From assembly GCA_045106895.1 (NCBI GenBank), contig JBGCFM010000088.1:1-49696 (forward strand): 49,696 bases of DNA, written 5' to 3'. The notes under the pieces are model-generated. The model searched no databases. It was given only the letters and a program-made list of their open reading frames with translations, and had not been told where the DNA came from. The number at the start of each line of letters is the position of its first letter. The first letter of the stretch is position 1. Of this stretch, positions 1 to 7,924 are shown one piece after another. The stretch comes from Polyangiales bacterium. GTDB taxonomy: Bacteria > Myxococcota_A > Polyangia > Polyangiales > Houyiibacteriaceae. The position numbers and the translations under genes are program-made.

Positions 1-1
1 C

Positions 2-319
2 GGCGGCGTCAGCTTTTGGAATGTCTCACGTATGAAGAAGCGCAGTTCACGCATTGTCGCGCGCATCAGGTCCGGGCAGCGACACGATGCGAAAATCACC
101 GCGGCAAACAAGAGCGAGATGTATCAGCGCGGGCAGATGTCCTACATGCGGGTCGACGTCACGGCGCTAAGCGTCGACGGCAAATCCTTCACCGGCGAGA
201 TCGAAGAGCCCGTTGGCACCGAACTCCCCGCGGTGGCCATCGATGATCCCGCCGCTGTCTGGGTGCACGGTGGAGGCTCTATCATCGTGACCCAAAGCGG
301 CGTCTTCGAATCGTCCTAG
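2..319 (+). CDS. Hypothetical protein, probably 5'-truncated by the window edge
   Basis: The frame of ORF 32..319 is open to the window start (GGVSFWNVSR-MKKR...) and ends in TAG at 317-319. No family recognised. Confidence 0.55.
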   Translation, partial: GGVSFWNVSRMKKRSSRIVARIRSGQRHDAKITAANKSEMYQRGQMSYMRVDVTALSVDGKSFTGEIEEPVGTELPAVAIDDPAAVWVHGGGSIIVTQSGVFESS

Positions 320-454
320 GCGGCGGCCGCCGGCGAACATCGGCGGACCAAGTGGCGGGAGCCCCGCTTTGCCCCCGCTTTCGGCGTCACACGCGACGGT
401 CCCCTTCTTGCTCTGACTTTTGTGCCGGCCCTCGGCTCTAAAGGAGAAAGCACG

Positions 455-991
455 ATGAAGACAAAGAAGCGCCGCAAGAAGACGAAGCATACACAGCAGA
501 CTGAACAAATCGGAATCACCGCGTCCGCCGCGCGCATTCCTCATCTCGCGCCGTGGATCGCGGACGGGATGCTCGATGACGAACGAGCGCCGGCGCGTTG
601 GCGGACAGCACCGGTAACGGATGGAAGGACCCAGGTGTGCGTGCTCCATCTCAACGAGCTGTACACGTGTTTCACAACCTCACGTGACGAAGACGAGCTG
701 ATGTTCGCGCTTGCCAAGATCGAACATGAGCTCGCCGGCCACGCCGTCAGCTTTCACTACAGCGCGGCGTGCTCCGCTTGGGGCGCGGTCATGTACAACG
801 CTCCTCGCCCCGTCGTCATCGCCGAGGCCCTTGAACGCCACTGGGGGCAAGTGCTTCGGGAACGACACGGTCTTGGAGAGCCCTTCGCGAAGGTGCTTCG
901 TTGGTCACTCCCGAGCGCGGCGGCGGAAATGGAAGTGCTGCTCGGCCTGACGTTTCTTAACCGAAAGCAAAAGCCCGACGTCGCCGCCTAA
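455..991 (+). CDS. Hypothetical protein with Lys/Arg-rich N-terminus
   Basis: AAGGAG SD at 441-446 and ATG at 455; 178-aa ORF; no recognisable family. Confidence 0.65.
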   Translation: MKTKKRRKKTKHTQQTEQIGITASAARIPHLAPWIADGMLDDERAPARWRTAPVTDGRTQVCVLHLNELYTCFTTSRDEDELMFALAKIEHELAGHAVSFHYSAACSAWGAVMYNAPRPVVIAEALERHWGQVLRERHGLGEPFAKVLRWSLPSAAAEMEVLLGLTFLNRKQKPDVAA

Positions 992-1016
992 AGCTGAAGC
1001 GCATCGAACACTGGGG

Positions 1017-2000
1017 TTAGTTGAGCTTCGAGAGGCGATGCGTCGCAGCGACGGCTTCGGCCATGAGTTCACGGGCCCCACGGGCGATGAGCCCTTCGGC
1101 GACCTCGACGCCAAGGGCACGCGCCTCTTCGCCGCGCTCTTCGTCCGTGCGCCCCTTGAAGAAGATGTCACTTCCGGCGCTGAGGAGCCGCTCACCGTGA
1201 ATGCCTCCGACCATCGCGTTGAGCGTGAGTCGTTTGCCATCGTCGTGAAGCGTCGCGTGTCCGGCGATGGGCACCCGGCAGCTGCCTTGCAAGGCGAGCA
1301 ACAAAGCGCGCTCGGCTTCCGTTCGGATCCGCGTCGGTGGATGTTCGAGACACGCGAGGACCTCTCGAAGACCGGAGTCGACGCGACCTTCGATGGCGAG
1401 CGTGCCCTGACCCACGGCGGGCAAACACATCTCTTCGCTGAGGAACTGGTACTTCCGTCCCTCGAGGAGGCCAAGCCGCTTGAGGCCAGCGGCAGCGAGG
1501 ATGATCGCGTCGTAGCCGCCCTCGTCGAGCTTTCGAAGACGTGTATCCACGTTGCCTCGGAGCGTTGCGAACGCGAGATCCGGGCGCTGCGCCTTTATCT
1601 GGGTGGTGCGCCGGAGCGACGTTGTGCCGACGCGGCTGCCGGCGACAAGACCCATCAGCTCTTCGCCGTCGCGTGTCAAAAGCACATCACGCGGGTCTTC
1701 GCGTTCCGGTAGACACAGCAAGTCGCACCCCTCAGCGAGGGTCACATCGCCGGGGACATCCTTGAGGGAATGCACCGCGAGGTCCGCTTCCCCGCGCACG
1801 ACGTAGGCTTCAACCTCGGAGACGAAGAGCGCTTTACCACCGACCTCATAGAGCGGCTTGTCCTGAATCTTGTCGCCCTGAGTCACGACGTGAATCTCTT
1901 CCACCTCGACATCGGGGTGATGCTCCTTGATGGTCGCCGCTACGTAACGAGTCTGCCAAAGAGCGAGCTTGCTCTTGCGTGTGGCGATTCGAATCTTCAT
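1017..2000 (-). CDS. hemC: Hydroxymethylbilane synthase (porphobilinogen deaminase)
   Basis: IRIATRKSKLALWQ, VHSLKD, GTTSLRR, LRGNVDTRL and GSCRVPI (cofactor Cys); overlaps the hemA stop. Confidence 0.97.
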   Translation of the reverse strand: MKIRIATRKSKLALWQTRYVAATIKEHHPDVEVEEIHVVTQGDKIQDKPLYEVGGKALFVSEVEAYVVRGEADLAVHSLKDVPGDVTLAEGCDLLCLPEREDPRDVLLTRDGEELMGLVAGSRVGTTSLRRTTQIKAQRPDLAFATLRGNVDTRLRKLDEGGYDAIILAAAGLKRLGLLEGRKYQFLSEEMCLPAVGQGTLAIEGRVDSGLREVLACLEHPPTRIRTEAERALLLALQGSCRVPIAGHATLHDDGKRLTLNAMVGGIHGERLLSAGSDIFFKGRTDEERGEEARALGVEVAEGLIARGARELMAEAVAATHRLSKLN

Positions 2001-3298
2001 CCGCGTTCTTTCGCGAGGGCGCCTTCGCGCACCTCATGTCGTGACTCCACCTCCTCGGCTTCGTCCAATGAAAAGAGTTTTCGTGTCGCGGAGATCAACG
2101 CCGCGTCACTTTGGCCCTTGAGTGCTGTGAGTGGTCCATGAAGCAGCTTGTTCACGAGTGACGTCTGCATGCGCTGAAGCGACTTGGCGTCCGCCGGGGA
2201 CAGGTCCATTCGCGCCGCGGTCTTTGCGAGCTCCGCGGCGACGATTTCGCCGAAGCGATCCCGCAGCCCGACGATGGTGGGCGTCAGATCCAGCGAGCGG
2301 CGCCACGCGTCGAACTCTGCGACCTCGGTTTGAACGATGGCCTCCGCCGCTTCGGCGGCACGGCGACGGTGTGAGAGGTTCTCGTCCGCTACCTGCTTGA
2401 GGTCATCGACGTCGTAGAGAAAGACGTTGTTCATCTCACCGACGCGCGGGTCGACGTCGCGAGGAACCGCGATATCGATGAGAAAAAGGGGCTTGTGACG
2501 GCGGGCGCGAACGACGCCTTTCATGAGCTCCTCTGTCAATATCGGCCGAGGACTTGCCGTCGTTGTGACAACAACGTCAGCTTCAGCGAGTTCCGCCGCG
2601 AGGCGTTCGTAGGAGCGCGCTTCACCTCCGCACTGCGTCGCCACGGCTTGGGCCTTCTCGGAAGAGCGATTGATGACACGAAGCGTGGCGCCTGTGTTTG
2701 CGAGACTCTTCGCCGCCGCCTCACCCATCTCCCCAGCCCCGATGAGCACCACTCGGCGACCCGTCAGCTCACCGAAGATCTTTCGCGCGAGCGCCGTCGC
2801 AATGGAGCTGACGCTAACGGTGCCTTCGGCGATGGACGTCTCGCTGCGAACGCGTTTGGCCACGGCGAAGGCACGCTGGACACATCGCCCGAGCAGAGTC
2901 CCGACGGTTCCTTCTTGGTTCGCCGAGTCATAGGCTTCTTTGATCTGTCCGAGGATCTGGGGCTCGCCGACCACCAAGGAATCGAGGGAAGAAGCGACGC
3001 GAAAAATATGCTGCACGGCGTCCGTGCCGACGCGCGTGTACAGGGCATCGCCAAAGTCGTCGCGTCCCGCGCGTTCTTTGAACAACGCACGCGCCTGACG
3101 TTGAGCGAGATGCACATCGTCGACGTTGGCGTAGAACTCCACTCGATTGCACGTGGAGAGGATCACCCCCTCAGAACACGGGCCGCTACGCCACCGACGG
3201 ATAAAACGCCGAAGCTGCTCGCCTTCCATGGCGAGCTCTTCGCGCAGCTCGACGTCCGCGCTCTGGTGGCTGAGACCCATGACGAAGAGTTCGCTCAT
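1997..3298 (-). CDS. hemA: Glutamyl-tRNA reductase
   Basis: LSTCNRVE, SSLDSLVVGEPQILGQ, IGAGEMG and DIAVPRD motifs. Confidence 0.97.
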   Translation of the reverse strand: MSELFVMGLSHQSADVELREELAMEGEQLRRFIRRWRSGPCSEGVILSTCNRVEFYANVDDVHLAQRQARALFKERAGRDDFGDALYTRVGTDAVQHIFRVASSLDSLVVGEPQILGQIKEAYDSANQEGTVGTLLGRCVQRAFAVAKRVRSETSIAEGTVSVSSIATALARKIFGELTGRRVVLIGAGEMGEAAAKSLANTGATLRVINRSSEKAQAVATQCGGEARSYERLAAELAEADVVVTTTASPRPILTEELMKGVVRARRHKPLFLIDIAVPRDVDPRVGEMNNVFLYDVDDLKQVADENLSHRRRAAEAAEAIVQTEVAEFDAWRRSLDLTPTIVGLRDRFGEIVAAELAKTAARMDLSPADAKSLQRMQTSLVNKLLHGPLTALKGQSDAALISATRKLFSLDEAEEVESRHEVREGALAKERG

Positions 3299-4107
3299 GC
3301 GCTTACTCCGCGAAGCATGTACCCGACGAGCACCGCCGAGGACGAGAGAAACCCGAGGATGGTTCCAACAGCTGCACGTCGACCACGCCAGCCCGCCGCC
3401 ACGCGCAAAACAAGCACGAGGGCAAAGAGGACCCAGGCCACGATGGCGAAGACGTGCGTTGGCGCGAGGGGCGCGGCGTCCGGCCGAATGCGCAGCGTCC
3501 AGAACGCGCCGGTGATAATGCCAAGGGTCAGCAATGGAAACCCTACGCTGACAGAGCGAAAGCCGAAAACGTCGAGAACATCGAGGGGCGGAAGGCGCTG
3601 AAAAAGCCCGCCTAAACGTTTCTGACGGAGCATGCGCTCCTGCATGATGTAGGCGATGGCCGAAGCGAAGGCCAAGGCGAAGGCGACGATACCGAGCACA
3701 CTGACGCCAATGTGTACCGGCAAGAGCGCGGAGCGTACTTCCGGAGAGACTTCAGCGACGCTACGTCCGAGCCCTGAACCCAAAAAGAAGAGCAGCGTGA
3801 CCGGCGCAAGGAACGCACCGAGCACATCGATACCGGGACGCCATTTGCCCGCGACGAGAAACGCGACGACGACGCCGAGGGAAAGAAAGGTCAACGTGCG
3901 GTGAATGCCCGGCATCGCTGGGGTGGTCTGGGCGCCGTGGTCGAAGGCGAGGTAGGCGAGGTGGGTCGCGACGGCACCGAGGAGCGTGAGCTTGGCGAAA
4001 CGCCCAGGACCATCCGTGCCGCGTAAGAGCCGCACAAGATAGAGCCCACACGCGGCGGCGTAGACCGTCGCCGTCGTGAAGAAGAGAATGCCCACCGGAT
4101 CCGACAT
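3295..4107 (-). CDS. ccsA: Cytochrome c assembly protein (CcsA/HemX family), membrane protein
   Basis: About 8 TM segments with conserved His (LPVHI), RLPPLDVLD, GFPLLTLGIITG and GWRGRR; typical position upstream of hemA. Confidence 0.85.
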   Translation of the reverse strand: MSDPVGILFFTTATVYAAACGLYLVRLLRGTDGPGRFAKLTLLGAVATHLAYLAFDHGAQTTPAMPGIHRTLTFLSLGVVVAFLVAGKWRPGIDVLGAFLAPVTLLFFLGSGLGRSVAEVSPEVRSALLPVHIGVSVLGIVAFALAFASAIAYIMQERMLRQKRLGGLFQRLPPLDVLDVFGFRSVSVGFPLLTLGIITGAFWTLRIRPDAAPLAPTHVFAIVAWVLFALVLVLRVAAGWRGRRAAVGTILGFLSSSAVLVGYMLRGVSA

Positions 4108-4113
4108 TGCGCG

Positions 4114-4494
4114 CTACGCCGGTCCTGAAAAGAAGCGCGCGAGATCTGCGAGAGCGCCTTCGCCCGGGTCAGCGTCACCTGCTTCTTCGGCGGTTCCCGA
4201 TGGGGTTCCTAAGAAGCCTTCTTTAACTTCGTATGCTGTGTCGCCAAGGATGACGGAGTCGCTCACATGTTCCCCGCCAAGTGCGGTCAATGCTTCGACA
4301 TCTTTGACCTTGCCGAGCAACCCATGGGGATCGCCCGTCTCCGTGACGTCCGCGAGAAAATGCACGGCGGTCTTCAGACTGAACTGCCGCGTGCCGCCCG
4401 GAAGCGTCAGCACATCGCCATCTACGGAGACGCGGTCTTCCGCCATCCAAATATCGAGGGTTTCTTGGGAAACGAAGAGTTGGTCGTCAGCCAT
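4114..4494 (-). CDS. Conserved hypothetical protein, first gene of the ccsA-hemA-hemC run
   Basis: 126-aa acidic ORF 6 bp upstream of ccsA, with a TAGGCT -10-like hexamer upstream. Confidence 0.75.
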   Translation of the reverse strand: MADDQLFVSQETLDIWMAEDRVSVDGDVLTLPGGTRQFSLKTAVHFLADVTETGDPHGLLGKVKDVEALTALGGEHVSDSVILGDTAYEVKEGFLGTPSGTAEEAGDADPGEGALADLARFFSGPA

Positions 4495-4652
4495 GGGGTC
4501 GCCTGTTCTGCGGCGAAGCCTAGCAGGAACGACCGCCCGCGTCCTCTTGATGGATTGACATTGGAGCCAGGCATACTTAGGAACGTTGGAGAGCAGAGTT
4601 TCGGCGCCGCTGCCTTCCCTAGCGGCCCAATTCCTGCGTTCAGGAGCAAAGC

Positions 4653-4976
4653 ATGGCCAACGTAGAATCAGTCAACGACCTCAACTTCGACCAAGAGGTC
4701 ATCAACGCGGACACACCGGTGCTCGTCGATTTCTCCGCCACCTGGTGCGGCCCCTGTAAGCAGATCGCTCCATTCGTCGAGCAGCTCTCGGAAGAATACG
4801 CCGGCAAAGTCAAAGTTCGCATGGTCGACATCGACGAGAGCCCTGGCACCGCTGCCAAGTACGGAGTCCGCGGCGTTCCAACGCTGAAGGTCTTCAAGAA
4901 CGGTGAGATCGTCGCCGAGCAGGTTGGCGCTGCGCCGAAGGCGAAGATCCAAGCGCTCATCGAGCGCGCGCTCTAG
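4653..4976 (+). CDS. trxA: Thioredoxin
   Basis: VLVDFSATWCGPCK, YGVRGVPTL; AGGAG SD. Confidence 0.97.
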   Translation: MANVESVNDLNFDQEVINADTPVLVDFSATWCGPCKQIAPFVEQLSEEYAGKVKVRMVDIDESPGTAAKYGVRGVPTLKVFKNGEIVAEQVGAAPKAKIQALIERAL

Positions 4977-5011
4977 CGCACACTTTCGGGAACATAGGTT
5001 CGCGAAACGAC

Positions 5012-5045
5012 GCGGCGTCTCCTTTCGAGGGGACGCCGTTTTTCG
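5012..5045 (+). terminator. Intrinsic terminator after trxA
   Basis: GGCGTCTCCT-TTCG-AGGGGACGCC hairpin followed by GTTTTT, between convergent genes. Confidence 0.8.
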
Positions 5046-5051
5046 TGCGGG

Positions 5052-7442
5052 CTACTCGGAGTCTTCGCGCGCTTCTGCCGCCGTCTGCTCGTAGCGCTCT
5101 TGGAGTCGCTGCTGCTGCTCTTGGAGCTTCTCCTCGCGGGAGTGCCGCGCGTAGAGAAGGCCGCCGGCGATGATCATAGCGCCAAGAAGCAGCGCGCCGA
5201 TGATGATCCACTGGTCCGAGCCCTTCTTTTGGGGCGACCTCATCTGCATCGTCTTTGCCGGCGCACGACGCATTTTCGGCGCACCAGGCGAGGTCTTCGC
5301 GTGGGTGACGGGCTCGGGGTTTGGAACCTGCACCGGCGCAGCTTGGCCAAGCGAAGCCGGCGCGCCGATCATCGGTGGAGCCGCCGCCGGCGCGTGCGCC
5401 GACGGGCTGTTGAGGGGCGCAAGCGATGGCGGCGCCGTCGGTGCTGAAGAGAAAGCATCGGCGCTGAGCACCGGCGCGGCGATCGGTTCTTCAACGGGTT
5501 CCGACAAGGCTGCGCGCGCCGGCATCTCGCGTTTCATCCCGCTGAGGTCAGAGAGGAGGACCGCGGGCGCAGGGTCTCCGCCACCGGCCGCACGCTCCAT
5601 ATCGTGAAGCTCGTCAAAGGAGATTTCTTGAGTGCCGCCTTTTGCGGGCGCAGCGGGTACCGAAGGGTCGAGAGGCACCTCTTCGCTCGCCGGGAACTCG
5701 TCGACAAGTTCGGCGCTGACGATGCGTTCGCGATGTTCCTCAAGTTCATCGAGTCCGATCTCTTGAGTGCCCTCATCGGCTGGGCCGACAGGGGCCGCCG
5801 GGTCCATCGGCACGCCCTCGCTCGTCTCCTCGTTGCCCGCGGGGTTTCCGAGGGCCATCCGTAGACCCTGCTCGAAGGGGTCGTCGGGGTCGGGCACGCC
5901 AACGATCTCGTCGCTGGAATTGCCGGCCAGGCCGATGAGGTCCGCGGAAACGAGCGGTTCGATTGCTGGCTCTTTGACAAGGGCGGCCTGTGGCTCGGCA
6001 GAAAGGAGTGCTTCTGCTTTGGCCGGCTCAGAGGGTGCTGGGTCTACCTCTGGTGCGCTGGCTTCGGGAGCCTCTTGCGGCGGTTCCGGCGCAGGCTCAG
6101 CGTCGGTCATGGCAGGAGGAATTGAGCTGTGCACGCGGGGAGGCGTGGCCGAGGCGGCGGGTGCACCCGCGCGCGTATCGACTGCACCAATGTGGTGTGA
6201 GCCTTCTTCGTTGTCCGCGAGCGCCGCGCGCACGAGACGAGGGTCGAGCCCCGCCGCCGCCGCGCGAGTCCGGCGCTCAGCCTCGGTCAACGCTCTGCGT
6301 TTCGCTCGGACCGCGGCACCCGCGCGCGCCGCTTCTTCCGCGCGTTTGCGCAGCCCGTCGTCCTTGATCTTGTGAATCGACGCGCGAGGCTGAGTTTTGT
6401 CGTCCTCGCTGATCTCCGGCGCCGGCGGAAGCCCATCGTCTTCCACGGGACGTTCCACCGGACGCGCGTCCACGTTCGTCTTCGCTGGCTTGCGCCGCCG
6501 ATGCGCTTGCGGGGCGATGGTCGTTTCAACGTCGTGAACCGTCTCATCGTCCTCGTCGCCAGCGCGGCTCTGCGTCGGAAGCGGCTTCGTCTTGAATGGA
6601 GCCGGTTCGAGTTCGGGAACCGGGAGGCCCGCCAAGCGCGCGAGCACCTCGATGAGGTCCGTGAGGGACGTGGGCCGCTCTGTGGGCACCGGCGTCATCA
6701 GGGGTTCGAGGACCTGGCGGATCTCAGGGTCGACGGCGTCACAGCGTCCGTCGGGCTGCGGGGCTTTGAGCACGAGCGACTCGTACACAAGCGCCGCGAC
6801 GCCAAAGTAGTCGCTGCTCCGTGTGCCACCACCAATGGAAACTTCGCGGGCAAAGCGCCGTTTGAGACCAGTGTTGCGTTGGACCACTGCGGCGACGGCG
6901 CCGCCTGGCATCGCCGTCAGCAAGAAGCCTCCGGTCAGCTGAAGCCGCTCGGAGTCCGTCCACACGTTCTCAGCGCGCACGTCGCCATGACGAGTGCCCT
7001 CGGGTAGCGCTCTCAGCGCCGCATCGAGATGAGCGACGACGGGCAAAAGCTCGAAGGGCTCAAGCGGCCGCTTCTTGGCGATACGGCGGTCGAGGACATC
7101 GCGCATGGAAGCGCCCTCGGGAACCGGCTCCGTCGCATAGACAAACGGACCGTCGAGGTTCCCGTCGAGAATCCCGGGCAGGTAGCTACCGCCGATGCCG
7201 GTCACTTCACGCAAACGACGCGCGACATCTTCACGGACCATCGGGTCGAGCAACTCGGCTCGGATGACACGAAGGAGCACGGACTGTTCGTGCTCTTGGT
7301 CGAAGGCGAGAAAGCCACGTGTGAAAGCGTCGTTCCGCAGCTTGCCGCGAACTTCGTAGCGCTCACCAATGACCTGGCCACGACGAGGCTTCGTCGTAGC
7401 GGGCGCCATCGCGGCAACGCTGGTTCGCTGGTCTTGGTCCAT
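5052..7442 (-). CDS. Membrane-anchored Ser/Thr pseudokinase with long acidic Pro/Ala-rich linker
   Basis: Kinase-like N-terminus (IGERYEVRGKL; HGDVRAENV in place of HRDLKPEN; no VAIK Lys, no DFG), C-terminal TM (WIIIGALLLGAMIIAGGLLY) and a short coiled coil. Confidence 0.75.
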   Translation of the reverse strand: MDQDQRTSVAAMAPATTKPRRGQVIGERYEVRGKLRNDAFTRGFLAFDQEHEQSVLLRVIRAELLDPMVREDVARRLREVTGIGGSYLPGILDGNLDGPFVYATEPVPEGASMRDVLDRRIAKKRPLEPFELLPVVAHLDAALRALPEGTRHGDVRAENVWTDSERLQLTGGFLLTAMPGGAVAAVVQRNTGLKRRFAREVSIGGGTRSSDYFGVAALVYESLVLKAPQPDGRCDAVDPEIRQVLEPLMTPVPTERPTSLTDLIEVLARLAGLPVPELEPAPFKTKPLPTQSRAGDEDDETVHDVETTIAPQAHRRRKPAKTNVDARPVERPVEDDGLPPAPEISEDDKTQPRASIHKIKDDGLRKRAEEAARAGAAVRAKRRALTEAERRTRAAAAGLDPRLVRAALADNEEGSHHIGAVDTRAGAPAASATPPRVHSSIPPAMTDAEPAPEPPQEAPEASAPEVDPAPSEPAKAEALLSAEPQAALVKEPAIEPLVSADLIGLAGNSSDEIVGVPDPDDPFEQGLRMALGNPAGNEETSEGVPMDPAAPVGPADEGTQEIGLDELEEHRERIVSAELVDEFPASEEVPLDPSVPAAPAKGGTQEISFDELHDMERAAGGGDPAPAVLLSDLSGMKREMPARAALSEPVEEPIAAPVLSADAFSSAPTAPPSLAPLNSPSAHAPAAAPPMIGAPASLGQAAPVQVPNPEPVTHAKTSPGAPKMRRAPAKTMQMRSPQKKGSDQWIIIGALLLGAMIIAGGLLYARHSREEKLQEQQQRLQERYEQTAAEAREDSE

Positions 7443-7462
7443 CGACGCCTAAGCCTACGTTC

Positions 7463-7924
7463 TCAGGGTGTGTCCGTGCTACCGAAACCGCCGGTGCTGC
7501 CAAAACCTTTGGCGCCGCGTTCGGTGTCATCGAGGCTGTCGGCCTCAACGATGGGGAATTGAGGGGCTGCCGCAATGACCATCTGGGCGATTCGCTCGCC
7601 GTCCTGGATGGTAAAGGACTCTGTCCCGTGATTGATGAGGAGCACCTGCACCTCGCCGCGGTAGTCGCAGTCGATGGTTCCAGGGGCATTGAGCACGGTC
7701 ACCGCGTGACGTGCCGCAAGACCGCTCCGGGGCCTCACTTGAGCCTCGGTCCCCACCGGCAGCGCGATCGCAATACCGGTGGGCACGCGAGCAAAAGCCC
7801 CCGGTGCAAGCACCAGGGGCTCGTCCACGCATGCTGCGAGGTCCATTCCCGCGGCGCCGGCGCTGGCATAACGAGGGAGACGAGCTCCTTCGCGTAGCTT
7901 CAGTACCTGCACCACGTCTGTCAT
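7463..7924 (-). CDS. dut: dUTP diphosphatase
   Basis: [26 protein letters not shown] and [10 protein letters not shown] motifs; ATG directly follows the pnp TAA. Confidence 0.97.
   Translation of the reverse strand: MTDVVQVLKLREGARLPRYASAGAAGMDLAACVDEPLVLAPGAFARVPTGIAIALPVGTEAQVRPRSGLAARHAVTVLNAPGTIDCDYRGEVQVLLINHGTESFTIQDGERIAQMVIAAAPQFPIVEADSLDDTERGAKGFGSTGGFGSTDTP

Noticed and set aside
4555..4583. TTGACA upstream of trxA as a promoter
   Set aside because: No convincing -10 at 16-18 nt (CATACT at 11 nt, TAGGAA at 17 nt).
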